From: Candidatus Abyssobacteria bacterium SURF_5
GTDB taxonomy: Bacteria; Abyssobacteria; SURF-5
Length of the DNA: 64,000 nt
NCBI GenBank assembly: GCA_003598085.1
Contig: QZKU01000026.1
Location: 7,335 to 71,334, forward strand
Direction: 5' to 3'
Shown here: piece by piece, positions 28,381-38,880 of the stretch
Layout: each line of letters begins with the position of its first letter
Position numbering within the stretch: position 1 is the first letter of the stretch
Notes under the pieces: generated by a model
The model's input: the letters and a program-made list of their open reading frames with translations, nothing else
What the model was told of the DNA's origin: nothing
The model's database searches: none
Program-made: the position numbers and the translations under genes

Positions 28381-29366
28381 ACGGTCTCGCCTTGTGCGTC
28401 CAGATATGAAAGCGTTTCTTCCTCGTCGGCGGGCGATACAATAACGACCATGCCGACGCCCATGTTGAACGTGCGCAGCATTTCGCCCTCATCGATATCG
28501 CCTTCCTGCTGGATGAATTGAAATATCGAGAGCGGCCTCAACGATGCCATATTTATTTCCGCATCGACCGCCTTCGGCAGCACCCGAGGCACATTATCGG
28601 TCAATCCGCCGCCGGTGATATGCGCCATCCCTCGAATCAGATTCTTATCGAGAAGCCCGCGCACCGCCCGCGCATAACAGCGGTGGGGCTCGAGCAACTC
28701 GTCCGCCAGCGTCTTCCCGAGCGCATCCACTCTTTGATCCAGTCGATACCTTCCCGAATCCACCAGCAGCTTGCGCACCAGCGAATATCCGTTGGTATGG
28801 AGGCCCGAAGACTGCACTGCAACTATCACGTCGTCCTTTCGGATGGCTGAGCCGTCAATGATCTTATGCTTATCGACAACCCCAATGATCGTTCCGGCCA
28901 GGTCATACTCGCCCGGCTGGTAAAAATCGGGCATCTCGGCTGTCTCGCCGCCGATCAGCGAACATCCCGCCGCCCGGCAGCCTTCCGCCAACCCTGAGAT
29001 CACCTGCTCGGCAATATCGACATCGAGCTTGCCCATCGCGAGGTAATCCAGGAAAAATAAGGCCTCCGCCCCCTGCATCAAAATGTCGTTCACGCAATGA
29101 GAAACCAGATCGATTCCGACAGTATTATGCCGGCCGGTCACAAATGCGATCTTCAGCTTTGTGCCGACTCCGTCAACACTCGAAACAAGAATGGGCTCCC
29201 GATAGCGCGCGCTGTCAAACCGGAACAGGCCGCCGAACAATCCGATATCCTGCACCACGTTCGCGGAAAACGTCGAGCGCGCAAGCGGAACGATACGCCG
29301 CTTCAGCGAGCTTGCGGCTTCGATGTCGACTCCGGCTTGCTTATAGGTGAACGGTTCTTGTGTCAT
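28326..29366 (-). CDS. purM: Phosphoribosylformylglycinamidine cyclo-ligase (AIR synthetase)
   Basis: YKQAGVDIEA...VSSVDGVGTKLKIA...AHITGGGL signature; 346 aa. Confidence 0.92.
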   Translation of the reverse strand: MTQEPFTYKQAGVDIEAASSLKRRIVPLARSTFSANVVQDIGLFGGLFRFDSARYREPILVSSVDGVGTKLKIAFVTGRHNTVGIDLVSHCVNDILMQGAEALFFLDYLAMGKLDVDIAEQVISGLAEGCRAAGCSLIGGETAEMPDFYQPGEYDLAGTIIGVVDKHKIIDGSAIRKDDVIVAVQSSGLHTNGYSLVRKLLVDSGRYRLDQRVDALGKTLADELLEPHRCYARAVRGLLDKNLIRGMAHITGGGLTDNVPRVLPKAVDAEINMASLRPLSIFQFIQQEGDIDEGEMLRTFNMGVGMVVIVSPADEEETLSYLDAQGETVWTIGRIVSGTGKVKYRR

Positions 29367-30832
29367 GTCAGGTTGATGGTTACCGGATTCCGCTTGCGGT
29401 CGAGATAATATTTGTCAAAGTCCACCTTCAGGCTGATCGGATATCGGCCGGAAAAGCAGGCGATGCAGTATTTGTTCCAGTCGCCGCCCGCAGCCTCTAT
29501 CAGGCCTTCCTTGCTGAGGTAGTGAAGCGAGTCCACACGGAGATACTTCCGAATTTCTTCAAGGTTGTGGCTGGAAGCTATCAGTTCCTTCCGGGTAGGC
29601 GTATCGATCCCGTAAAAGCAGGGATGCGTAATCGGGGGCGAGCTGATACGCATATGAATCTCTTTTGCGCCCGCATTGCGGATCATCTTGACGATCTTTC
29701 GACTGGTGGTCCCGCGCACGATGGAATCGTCCACGACGACCACGCGCTTTCCTCTCAGCGCCCCTTTGAGCGCATTATATTTGATCTTGGCGCCGAAATC
29801 GCGGATCGTCTGCGACGGCTCGATAAAGGTGCGCCCGATATAATGATTCCGTATCAAACCCATGACAAACGGGATACCCGATTCATGCGAGTAGCCGATG
29901 GCGGCGGCATTGGAAGAGTCAGGCACCGGCAGAACCAGGTCGGCCTCGATCGGGTTTTCCCGATACAATGTTGCGCCAAGAGCGTGGCGTACGCGTTCAA
30001 CGTCGTATCCGAATATGACGCTGTCGGGACGAGAAAAATAAATCAGCTCAAAGATGCATAGACCGGTCCGAGCGGGTTTCGTTCCACCGATACTCATCGA
30101 ATGAACACCCGAACGATTGATCAGAAGCATCTCTCCCGGCTCGATATCGCGGATATATTTGGCGTCGACAATATCGAATGCGCAGCTCTCCGAGGCAACC
30201 ACATGGGCGCCCTTTAGAATGCCGAGACACAGAGGCCTGAACCCATAGGCATCGCGCGCAGCTATCAGGTTTTCCGTGTCCATCGCAAGAATCGAATAGG
30301 CCCCTTTGACCCGCCGCAATGCCTCCGCAAAAGCCGATGGTAAATCATGCTTTCTCGAGCGCGCCACCAGATGTACAATCACTTCACTGTCGCTCGTGGA
30401 TTGAAAGATCGAGCCCTTCCCTTCAAGTTCCGAACGCAAAACGCGCGCATTCACAAGATTGCCATTATGCGCAACCGCTAGCGGGCCTTTCGCGTAATCC
30501 ACCAGTATCGGTTGCGCATTTTTCAGAAGGCTTGAGCCGGCAGTGGAATAACGTACGTGGCCGATGGCTGTGTCGCCGGGAAGGCTGTCCAGGGTGTCTT
30601 TCTTGAAAACATCATAAACCATTCCCATTGCGCGGTGACTGTGGAGGCGATGTTCATGCGCCGAAACGATGCCGGCGCTTTCCTGACCGCGATGCTGCAG
30701 CGCGTACAGCCCGAGATAAGCAATTCTCGCGGCTTCCGGATGGCCGAAAACGCCGAAGATGCCGCACTCATGCTTCAAAAACTCGGCTTCCGACGCCGCA
30801 TCAAAGTCACGGGAATCGCGAGAATGTTTCAT
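29363..30832 (-). CDS. purF: Amidophosphoribosyltransferase
   Basis: N-terminal nucleophile CGIFGVFGH, PRTase motif VVVDDSIVRGTT, C-terminal Fe-S cysteines; 489 aa. Confidence 0.92.
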   Translation of the reverse strand: MKHSRDSRDFDAASEAEFLKHECGIFGVFGHPEAARIAYLGLYALQHRGQESAGIVSAHEHRLHSHRAMGMVYDVFKKDTLDSLPGDTAIGHVRYSTAGSSLLKNAQPILVDYAKGPLAVAHNGNLVNARVLRSELEGKGSIFQSTSDSEVIVHLVARSRKHDLPSAFAEALRRVKGAYSILAMDTENLIAARDAYGFRPLCLGILKGAHVVASESCAFDIVDAKYIRDIEPGEMLLINRSGVHSMSIGGTKPARTGLCIFELIYFSRPDSVIFGYDVERVRHALGATLYRENPIEADLVLPVPDSSNAAAIGYSHESGIPFVMGLIRNHYIGRTFIEPSQTIRDFGAKIKYNALKGALRGKRVVVVDDSIVRGTTSRKIVKMIRNAGAKEIHMRISSPPITHPCFYGIDTPTRKELIASSHNLEEIRKYLRVDSLHYLSKEGLIEAAGGDWNKYCIACFSGRYPISLKVDFDKYYLDRKRNPVTINLT

Positions 30833-30835
30833 GTG

Positions 30836-31738
30836 CTACACGTTCCTTCCCGTCAGCAGCTTAAATGCCTGTTTGTATTTTTCTTCCGTTCGCGCCACAA
30901 CGTCCGGCGGCAACTCCGGCGCCGGCGGAGTCTTGTCCCAATCGAGTGTCTCAAGATAATCACGCACGTATTGCTTGTCGAAATTCATCTGCGGTTTCCC
31001 CACCTCGTAGCTCTCCGCGAGCCAATACCGGGAGGAATCCGGCGTCAGCAGCTCATCGATCAGCAAAACGGCGCCGTCATACTCGCCGAACTCGAATTTT
31101 GTGTCCGACAGGATTAATCCTCGAGACGCGGCGAACTCGCTTGCCTTCTTGTAAATCAGCACGCTCTTCTCAGCAAGCAAATTTGCCTTTTCCGGCCCGA
31201 TTATCTTCTTGGTCTCCGCAAATGAAATGTTGACATCATGACCGCTTTCCGCTTTCGTTGCGGGCGTGAAAATCGGCTCGGGCAGCTTCTCCGATTCCCG
31301 CAATCCGGCGGGGAGCGTGATGCCGCACACGCACTTGCTTTGCTGGTACTCTTTCACCGCCGAACCCGCCAAATAGCCCCGCACCACGCATTCTATGGGA
31401 AAAGGTTTGCTCTTCTTGACGAGCATCGATCGGCCCCGAAGAACATCTGCGTATGGCCGCGTGGCACGCGGATATTCATCCACATCGACTGAAAGAACCT
31501 GGTTCGGAATGATGTCCTGCACAAAGTCAAACCAGAACTTGGATAACGCGGTCAGCACCTTCCCTTTATTTGGAATCCCATTGGGAAGAATACAGTCAAA
31601 CGCCGAAATGCGGTCGGTTGCAACCAGCAGCAGGTGGCCGTCCACCTCGTAGACGTCGCGCACCTTCCCGCGCCGGTGCAGTTTAAGACCGCTGAAGTCC
31701 GTCCGAAGCACAACGGATGAATTCGATTTCTTACGCAC
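30836..31738 (-). CDS. purC: Phosphoribosylaminoimidazole-succinocarboxamide synthase
   Basis: GKVRDVYEVD...LLVATDRISAFD signature; 300 aa. Confidence 0.9.
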   Translation of the reverse strand: MRKKSNSSVVLRTDFSGLKLHRRGKVRDVYEVDGHLLLVATDRISAFDCILPNGIPNKGKVLTALSKFWFDFVQDIIPNQVLSVDVDEYPRATRPYADVLRGRSMLVKKSKPFPIECVVRGYLAGSAVKEYQQSKCVCGITLPAGLRESEKLPEPIFTPATKAESGHDVNISFAETKKIIGPEKANLLAEKSVLIYKKASEFAASRGLILSDTKFEFGEYDGAVLLIDELLTPDSSRYWLAESYEVGKPQMNFDKQYVRDYLETLDWDKTPPAPELPPDVVARTEEKYKQAFKLLTGRNV

Positions 31739-33032
31739 TGTTCAAGCCCGCCCTTTGAAAGATTTGATCAACGAACCGAAGGTGATGCTGCAAATCAAAG
31801 CACTCGTCCAATTCTTGCTCCGAAAGGCGCGACATGATATCGCGGTCCGCAAGGAGCGCCCGGCGGAAATCCATGCCCTCCGCCCATACCTTCATCGCGT
31901 TCCGCTGGACCAATCCGTACGCCTCTTCCCGCGTCAGCCCCTTCCCCACCAGTTCCAGAAGGATGCGTTCGGAAAAAAACATTCCCTTGGTCTTCTCAAG
32001 ATTCGCGCGCATGTTGTCGGGATAAACCAGCAGCTTTTTTATGATGCCTGTGAACCGCGCAAGCAGATAGTCAATCAGGATGCAGCTGTCCGGAATGATG
32101 ACGCGCTCGACCGAAGAATGCGAGATGTCGCGCTCGTGCCAGAGCGCTATGTTTTCAAGCGCCGCCATCGCATTGGCGCGGACGACGCGAGCCAGCCCCG
32201 AAATCTGCTCGCACCGGATCGGGTTGCGCTTGTGCGGCATCGCAGATGACCCTTTCTGGCCCTTCTCGAAATACTCTTCCGCCTCCAGAATCTCCGTACG
32301 CTGAAGACTCCTGACCTCGGTGGCGAATTTATCGAGAGAACTTGCAATCAAAGCGAGAGCCGTCATGAAGTCCGCATGCCGGTCGCGTTGAATGATCTGC
32401 GTGCTCACCTGCGCCGCTTTCAATCCCAGCTTGTCGCAGACATATTGCTCGACGCGCGGGTCCGAATGAGCGAACGTGCCGACCGCGCCGGATACCTTCC
32501 CGACGCTAATGACCTGCTTCGCCCGCTCCATCCGCTCGAGATTCCGCTGAGTCTCGGTGTACCAGAGCGCCATCTTGAGGCCGAACGTGATCGGCTCCGC
32601 GTGCACGCCATGCGATCGCCCGATCATAACCGTATTCTTGTGCTCGAGCGCTCGTTCCTTCAGTACGCCGAGCAGATCGTTCAAATCGCGGATGACGAGG
32701 TCGCTCGCCTCGCGCAGGTTCACCGCGAGCGCCGTATCCAGCATGTCGGAGGACGTGAGCCCGAAGTGCATGAACCTTGAATCCGGCCCGACATGCTCTC
32801 CAACAGCGGTGAGAAACGCAATGACGTCATGCTTCGTTACATCCTCAATCTCGGCCACTCGCTCAGCCGAAAAATTCGCTTTCTCTTTTATGGTCGCCAG
32901 CGCCTGGGCCGGTATCTTGCCAAGCTGCGCCCACGCCTCGCACGCCAGAAGCTCCACCCGGAGCCACGTGCGCAGCTTGTGCTCTTCAGTCCAAATGCCG
33001 GCCATCTCCGGCCGGGAATACCGTGGTATCAT
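31731..33032 (-). CDS. purB: Adenylosuccinate lyase
   Basis: RYSRPEM..IW and the fumarate-lyase signature GSSAMPHKRNP; 433 aa. Confidence 0.92.
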   Translation of the reverse strand: MIPRYSRPEMAGIWTEEHKLRTWLRVELLACEAWAQLGKIPAQALATIKEKANFSAERVAEIEDVTKHDVIAFLTAVGEHVGPDSRFMHFGLTSSDMLDTALAVNLREASDLVIRDLNDLLGVLKERALEHKNTVMIGRSHGVHAEPITFGLKMALWYTETQRNLERMERAKQVISVGKVSGAVGTFAHSDPRVEQYVCDKLGLKAAQVSTQIIQRDRHADFMTALALIASSLDKFATEVRSLQRTEILEAEEYFEKGQKGSSAMPHKRNPIRCEQISGLARVVRANAMAALENIALWHERDISHSSVERVIIPDSCILIDYLLARFTGIIKKLLVYPDNMRANLEKTKGMFFSERILLELVGKGLTREEAYGLVQRNAMKVWAEGMDFRRALLADRDIMSRLSEQELDECFDLQHHLRFVDQIFQRAGLNSA

Positions 33033-33143
33033 CGGTTCAAAAACCTCATCCGTTCACGGATTGCAACTTGCTGGGATTGGTAGGTTTGCATACGGCCTGA
33101 ACGGGAATGACATCTGTATGATAACAGGTTCGTTCTTCCTGAG

Positions 33144-33947
33144 TCAAGCTTCTTTCAGGGGCGGGTTCCCCTTGGCTTCCTTCATCTCCAGCATCGCGCG
33201 GCGAACCCGTTCCATCAATTCATTTCTGCTCTCATACGTGTATTGTGACGCGTCAATCGGTTCGCCAAAGATCACCCTCACGCGCCCCGGACGAATGCGC
33301 CACGTCGTCTTCGGCAGTACATGGTACGTCCCCTCGATGACAACCGGAATCACCGAGACCCCCGCTTTCACTGCAAGCACGAACCCGCCTTTCTTGTATG
33401 AACCGAGGCTGCCGTCTGGGCTGCGGGTGCCTTCCGGAAAAATGAGGAGCGGCATTCCCGCCCGTACCATTTCTGCTGCGCGATCAAGGCTGCTGAACGC
33501 CTGGGCCCGGTCGCCGCGGTCAATGCTGACATACCCGGCCGCACTCATAATCCAGCCGAAGATCGGGATTTTAAACAGGCTTTTTTTGGCGACGATCCGG
33601 AATTGCTGCCGGACTTCCTTTATCAGGACGGGAATATCAAAGTGGCTGTTATGGGTGGACATGATGATAAAGGAGCCGCCGGGCGGGATGTTCTCGCCCC
33701 CCCTTGTGTCTACTTTGACGCCGCATGTCCATAACAATAGCCGCGCCCACGTCGCGATGAACCAGTAGCTGGCGTTGCCTTTCGGGTTGATTAGAGCGAA
33801 AAGCAGGCAAGGAATTCCGAGTATTGTTGTATACAGGCCGATGAGGAAGACATACATCGCGGCCTGCGCGATTCCGGTGCGCATACCCCGATCCACATCT
33901 GCGGCAGCGCCTGCGGAATGACTCAATAGACCTCCTTCTTCCTCCAT
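33144..33947 (-). CDS. plsC: 1-acyl-sn-glycerol-3-phosphate acyltransferase (lysophospholipid acyltransferase)
   Basis: Acyltransferase motifs HNSHFD (HxxxxD) and FPEGTRS; N-terminal TM helix. Confidence 0.8.
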   Translation of the reverse strand: MEEEGGLLSHSAGAAADVDRGMRTGIAQAAMYVFLIGLYTTILGIPCLLFALINPKGNASYWFIATWARLLLWTCGVKVDTRGGENIPPGGSFIIMSTHNSHFDIPVLIKEVRQQFRIVAKKSLFKIPIFGWIMSAAGYVSIDRGDRAQAFSSLDRAAEMVRAGMPLLIFPEGTRSPDGSLGSYKKGGFVLAVKAGVSVIPVVIEGTYHVLPKTTWRIRPGRVRVIFGEPIDASQYTYESRNELMERVRRAMLEMKEAKGNPPLKEA

Positions 33948-34408
33948 GATCCTCCGGCGAAAGCGTAAACGATCTCGCGTTTTGATGAATCCGAGAGAAG
34001 GAAATGGCTGTCCTTCCTGCAGTCTTCCCTCGTCGCGCTCTTTCGGGTCAGGTAAATGTTCTCTTTGAAACTGACGGTCGCAATATACGGCGTATCGACC
34101 GAGTTCGTCCGGCGCATGTTGACCGTCGGCTCCTCGCGCTCATGATACACCCGATAATATCTGCCGCCGCTCTCATACACTTTTACTTTGATCTCGCGCT
34201 GATGATACTTGTTGAATTGATTGATTTCCTCGCGGAGCACCTGATCCAATGCTCGTTTGGCGCGGTCCTCCTCGCTGCACGCGGAAAAGGAAAGCAGGAA
34301 ATGAATCGCAAGAAGCGAAGGAACAACGACAAAAAACCGTCTTCGCAATTTTTGAAGGGCGTGCTCCAGCATGCCTGCTTTAACTTCGCTACTGTCTTTC
34401 CGCCTCAT
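33923..34408 (-). CDS. Hypothetical lipoprotein
   Basis: Signal peptide with a lipobox-like LSFSAC; no other motif. Confidence 0.4.
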   Translation of the reverse strand: MRRKDSSEVKAGMLEHALQKLRRRFFVVVPSLLAIHFLLSFSACSEEDRAKRALDQVLREEINQFNKYHQREIKVKVYESGGRYYRVYHEREEPTVNMRRTNSVDTPYIATVSFKENIYLTRKSATREDCRKDSHFLLSDSSKREIVYAFAGGSWRKKEVY

Positions 34409-35106
34409 TTCCCCTCGTCTCCACTCACCAGAATTTCAATCCGCTCATAGAACCGGGTCTTCTTCAATTGGAAAGTGCTGGTCTTCTGGGGGTCCGCGCC
34501 ATAATGTTCCCCGAGATATCCGAGCCGCGCCGTGCCAAAATCTATCTGCTCATCAAACGGGTCCCATGCCTTGAAATCCACCCGCACGTTTCCATTCCAA
34601 TCACGGGAAAATACCGTGAAAAAGAGCTGGTCGTCTTTGACATACACATCTTTAAAAGTGAGCATCTGGCTCGAACTGCGCATGATGATCTTCGGCTGGG
34701 GAGCGGTTATCGCAGTGGCCTTGTCATACACGTAATACAACACGATGATTGCGAGAACGGCGATAATTATTCCAAACCCGATGTTTTCCCGGCGCCTCCG
34801 CTTCTTTACCTTCGCGATAACATCCGCCCGCCGCCACTCGTCCTCCTCCGCCGCCTCCTCAGTCGCCGGCTCGGATACCTCGATGAGGCCGTCAACCATC
34901 TTCTGGACGTAGTCGTCTCCCAGCTTGCCCGGCGAAGATCCCGAGCTTTCCGCGGAAACAGGTTCCGTACCGCCTTCGCGAATGTTGATCTTGCTGAATC
35001 CGAATTTCTGCAGTTGCGCCTTTACTTCCGCTGCGCTTTCAGCCGACGTCGTCCCGCTTACAGATCGGCCTTTCCGGTCGACTCCCTCATAAGAAAACTC
35101 TTTCAC
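34405..35106 (-). CDS. Hypothetical single-pass membrane protein
   Basis: Soluble N-terminus, one TM helix (IGFGIIIAVLAIIVLYYVY), C-terminal beta-rich domain. Confidence 0.4.
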   Translation of the reverse strand: MKEFSYEGVDRKGRSVSGTTSAESAAEVKAQLQKFGFSKINIREGGTEPVSAESSGSSPGKLGDDYVQKMVDGLIEVSEPATEEAAEEDEWRRADVIAKVKKRRRRENIGFGIIIAVLAIIVLYYVYDKATAITAPQPKIIMRSSSQMLTFKDVYVKDDQLFFTVFSRDWNGNVRVDFKAWDPFDEQIDFGTARLGYLGEHYGADPQKTSTFQLKKTRFYERIEILVSGDEGK

Positions 35107-35249
35107 AATCGCACTCCGGGACTGCTGGCACGGTCATCATTCGGGCTGGCTTGCTGGATGATACCACAACGCTGGAAGGCTGTCAACGAAAGGACGATTT
35201 GCCGCGAGATCATGTGCAATTGATTGATATCGCCCGCATTACGGCTCGG

Positions 35250-36197
35250 TCACTGCGTCGTAGAAACGGCGAGCATCGGAACAATCCGCGCCTCGTCTAC
35301 CGGCTTGCCATCCGCAGTATAAGCCAGGGAGCGGCACGAGTTGGCCGAGAATTCCAACACGAGAACGACATTGTCCTGATCGTTTCCTCCGGCTAGCATA
35401 GGATCGTTCTTCTTCAGATCGCCTTTGTTCAGTTTTCCGCCGCTGCCAGCGGTGAGATAGGTAATGCCTTTAACCGGATGAAGCCGCTCGTAGATATGAT
35501 TATGCCCGGATATGACCATGGTTACACCCTGTTCGAGCAGGATGGGTTCGAGCAACGCGGTCAACACGGGATCGGCCGGATGGTGCTTCGCGGCCGTGTA
35601 AAGTGGATGATGCATCGCAACGACTTTCCACCGCGCGTTGCTTTGGCCGAGCGCCTGCTCGAGCCACTGGATCTGTGGGGCATCGTTTTCAATTCCATTG
35701 GAATTCAGGAAGAATACTTCTACAAGATTCTCGCCGAACACCTTCGAGTAATACGGGCGGCCGTTCATATTGTACTGAGGAAAATACAGCTGATGCTCCT
35801 TCATCCCGCGACGCAGGTCATGGTTCCCGAGAATTGCGAAAAATTGCGCGCCTCGCCCGATCAGGGAAGCGTACGGTATGGTGAATGTCTTCCGGAGGGA
35901 GCGGGAAGGCGACCCCCACAGTGGAGTGTTGTCGCCAAGCAAAATGATTCCCTCAAGCGATACCGCCTGATGTACGCGGTCGAGAAGATGCGCGATTTTC
36001 GCCTGGCGCCCGACGCCCGAGCGTACATCTCCCAGCGCCGCTAAATGGATTACTGATTCTCCGGCCGGCGCCAATTCTTCAATCTCAAATTCTGCAACCG
36101 ATGACTCCGCGGAGAATCGATCCGATTCGATGACCCCAAAAACAAAGCCAACAACTATCATGAAAAACACGAGACACCTCAGAAAACGCTTTTTCAT
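35250..36197 (-). CDS. Secreted calcineurin-like metallophosphoesterase. The start is placed at MKKRF, whereas the track ORF extends to 36353
   Basis: Signal peptide plus the metallophosphoesterase motifs GD...GDN...GNHD...GHNH (LGDNTPL, AILGNHD, VISGHNHIYE). Confidence 0.75.
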   Translation of the reverse strand: MKKRFLRCLVFFMIVVGFVFGVIESDRFSAESSVAEFEIEELAPAGESVIHLAALGDVRSGVGRQAKIAHLLDRVHQAVSLEGIILLGDNTPLWGSPSRSLRKTFTIPYASLIGRGAQFFAILGNHDLRRGMKEHQLYFPQYNMNGRPYYSKVFGENLVEVFFLNSNGIENDAPQIQWLEQALGQSNARWKVVAMHHPLYTAAKHHPADPVLTALLEPILLEQGVTMVISGHNHIYERLHPVKGITYLTAGSGGKLNKGDLKKNDPMLAGGNDQDNVVLVLEFSANSCRSLAYTADGKPVDEARIVPMLAVSTTQ

Positions 36198-36389
36198 CAG
36201 AAACTCTTTTCCTTCTGGCGCTGTAAGTGCTTGAACGCGAGAATGAGCGACGGGGAATCTGGATGCGCCGGATAACCTTTGCGAATGGCTTCGCACCTGA
36301 CATATGCTGAATGGCGTGCAGCAGATATGGCTACATAGTCTCCATGTTATCACAGTTCACGGAATGATGACAATGGGGTGTCGCCGAAT

Positions 36390-38093
36390 TCATCCGGCGT
36401 GGTGGACGAGAACACAAACCAGGTCGCGGCTGCCGACCTGCCCGCGCGCGATCTGGTCGAGGATGAGAAAATCACCGGCCTCAAGCAACTGCAGGCGCTT
36501 GTGTTCGAGCACCACGTAAATATTCTCGTCCTTCCCGAGCGCCTGCATGACTTCCTCATTCGAATTGAGCCTCGTCATATTTCGGCCCATGTAATAATTG
36601 ATGTTCGGCCGATACGTCTGATAGAAGTAAAGAGAATCCCCTTCCTCTATTGCGCCCCTGACAGCGGTGCAAAATGAACGGGCCGAAAGATATTTATCGG
36701 CGGCCGGAGCTACATACCCGAAAAGGGCCGCCGATATCAGGATGGTCGCCACAGCGACGCCCAGCAAAGCGGATAGAGGGGGGATATTCATCAGGCGGCG
36801 CGCTACAAGAAACAGACCCGTTTCTCCCACAATCGCCGCTGCCAGCGCAAACCAGAAAATCTCGCGCAGGTAGACGTACGAGATTATCGTAAACACCGGC
36901 AACGCGACCGCAGAGGCGAGCGCGAGACCTGCGCATGGAACCCAATATTCGTTGCGCTCTCTGAGCCGACCTTCGAAAGGATTCCGCTTGATCAAGGCCC
37001 AGCTCATAAGCAGGCTCGCCGCCGGGAATAGCGGCAAAATGTATTGGCTGCGCTTGCCGGAGATCAAAGTGAAAAAGACGATGATAGCGGCGAACCAGAC
37101 GAACAGAAAACGAAGCCCCTGATGCGCTCGCAGGTTGGCTTCTCTTTTCAGCGTTCGCACGGTCAGCGGAATAAAAAACGTCCAGGGCAACAACTGCCAC
37201 GGGATGTTGTACAAATAGTAGAAAAACGGCCGTCGATGCGAATACGAGTCAAACATACGCCCGCCGGTTTGCTTCGCCAAAACCGAAATCGAGCCGTATA
37301 CCCCCTCGCTTTGCACATAGGCCGCCCGCCACCACGGCGCTACAACAAGAGCAACCAACGCAAGCCCCGCGACAAGGCAGAGCGTAAAGCGCAGAGATTC
37401 CCGCCAGGCCCCCTCCCGCCGCAAGACAATCTCCGAGCCGATAAAAACGAACATTACAGCCACCGGCACGACCAACCCCACCGGCCCCTTCGCCAGCGCT
37501 GCCGGCGCCAGACTCGCAAACCCCGCAAGATAGAAGGCGACAGCGCGCCGTGCATAAGCAGCGCAAAACAGACAGAGGGCCGCGCTGATGCTGAGCGCAA
37601 GCAGCATGTCGATGACGCCGATACGCCCGATCCCTACGAATTGTGCGCTCGTCGCCATGATCAATGTCCCCAAGAGCGCCTCGCGCCGCCCAAGAAGCCA
37701 ACTACCGAAGAAATACGTCAAGAGCATCAGGAGCAATGAGGCCGTCGCCGACGGAAATCGCGCGGTCAGTTCGTTTACGTCACCGAGAGGCTTTGAGAGA
37801 GCGGCCACAAGCCAAAAATACAAGGGGGGCTTCTCTGTATAAATTTGGCCGTTCAGATGCGGGACGATCCAATCGCCCGAGCGAAGCATTTCACGCGCCA
37901 CCTGCGCGTAGCGAGGCTCGTCAGGGCTCCACAAGTCATACGAACTCATCCGAAAGAAAAACAGGAAGTATGCGCTCAATAAAATTATGAGCAGGTGCTT
38001 CAGCGGAATGCGCCACCAAGGTCCGCCCTCTTCCACCGTTGCAGAAAACCCGTTGACAGGCCAATTGGCTCGCCATTTTGATTCAGTTGTCAC
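36390..38093 (-). CDS. ArnT/PMT-like GT-C glycosyltransferase (GT83/GT39-like; 4-amino-4-deoxy-L-arabinose transferase family)
   Basis: Classic first-loop motif SPDEPRYAQVAREMLRSGDWIVP...YTEKPPLYFW followed by more than 10 TM helices; 567 aa. Confidence 0.8.
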   Translation of the reverse strand: MTTESKWRANWPVNGFSATVEEGGPWWRIPLKHLLIILLSAYFLFFFRMSSYDLWSPDEPRYAQVAREMLRSGDWIVPHLNGQIYTEKPPLYFWLVAALSKPLGDVNELTARFPSATASLLLMLLTYFFGSWLLGRREALLGTLIMATSAQFVGIGRIGVIDMLLALSISAALCLFCAAYARRAVAFYLAGFASLAPAALAKGPVGLVVPVAVMFVFIGSEIVLRREGAWRESLRFTLCLVAGLALVALVVAPWWRAAYVQSEGVYGSISVLAKQTGGRMFDSYSHRRPFFYYLYNIPWQLLPWTFFIPLTVRTLKREANLRAHQGLRFLFVWFAAIIVFFTLISGKRSQYILPLFPAASLLMSWALIKRNPFEGRLRERNEYWVPCAGLALASAVALPVFTIISYVYLREIFWFALAAAIVGETGLFLVARRLMNIPPLSALLGVAVATILISAALFGYVAPAADKYLSARSFCTAVRGAIEEGDSLYFYQTYRPNINYYMGRNMTRLNSNEEVMQALGKDENIYVVLEHKRLQLLEAGDFLILDQIARGQVGSRDLVCVLVHHAG

Positions 38094-38191
38094 CCTTTAT
38101 CTCACCCAGGCGAGCCCCTTCGCACGATCATTCCGCACCGTGAGAACGACCCGGTGGGTCGCCCGCTTATAAATTCTTCGCAGATTTGGCC

Positions 38192-38656
38192 TCATTTGAT
38201 CTTGTATATGCTGTACTTGACTTTGTTTTCTCCTGAAGAGCCCACCCCCACCGCAAATGTTCCATTGAGCCATGAATACTTCGGAGAAGAGGTGCGGAAG
38301 GTGGGATTCGTGAGGATTCTGAACTCACCGCCTTGCGGTAGACCACCCTGCGCCAGCTCCTTCTTCACGTCTTCCGGAAAATCGATCAGGCCCTTGTAAT
38401 AGACATAAATAGCTGCGCCGTCGTCCGTTTCCAGCGTCGCCCGCACATCGAGCTGGCCGATGCCATCCGGCCGGATAACAAACCAATCCGCTCCCACAGG
38501 TTTCAGGGTCCCCCTCAGCTTCGGCCCCTCAAATTTGCCTCCCTGGATGTAGAAATGAATCCGCAGGCCCTCCGGCACCTGCCCTATCAATTCGGGCAAG
38601 CTCAACTCCGCTTCAATGTCAAATAAGTATTCGGTATCAAATTGGTACGCAGGCAT
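38192..38656 (-). CDS. Hypothetical soluble protein (beta-rich; the start is set at the internal Met MPAYQFD)
   Basis: The ORF is AT-poor and the same strand as the ArnT-like gene; no motif recognised. Confidence 0.35.
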   Translation of the reverse strand: MPAYQFDTEYLFDIEAELSLPELIGQVPEGLRIHFYIQGGKFEGPKLRGTLKPVGADWFVIRPDGIGQLDVRATLETDDGAAIYVYYKGLIDFPEDVKKELAQGGLPQGGEFRILTNPTFRTSSPKYSWLNGTFAVGVGSSGENKVKYSIYKIK

Positions 38657-38880
38657 GTGTTTCCTCCCTGTTTCGAGGCGCTCCCTTCGATTCGTTTCCT
38701 GCGAGGCAGGCGTTACCTGAGCCAAGTATATAGCACTGTCCAAACCATTATCAACGGCAAATCCCGACGGTAAAGGCAAAATTCCAGACTTGCGCTCGCT
38801 ATCGGCTAGTCGCAGTTGAATTTTGGGACTATAATTTGATCTAATATAAGTGGAGAAAGTGTCAATCAAGGAGGAAGCGC

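Noticed and set aside
33033-33143. Possible purine or ZTP riboswitch in the leader upstream of purB (minus strand).
   Set aside because: The reverse complement of the leader lacks the conserved purine-riboswitch junction/loop motifs and the ZTP pseudoknot consensus. The region may simply be an intergenic spacer to plsC.
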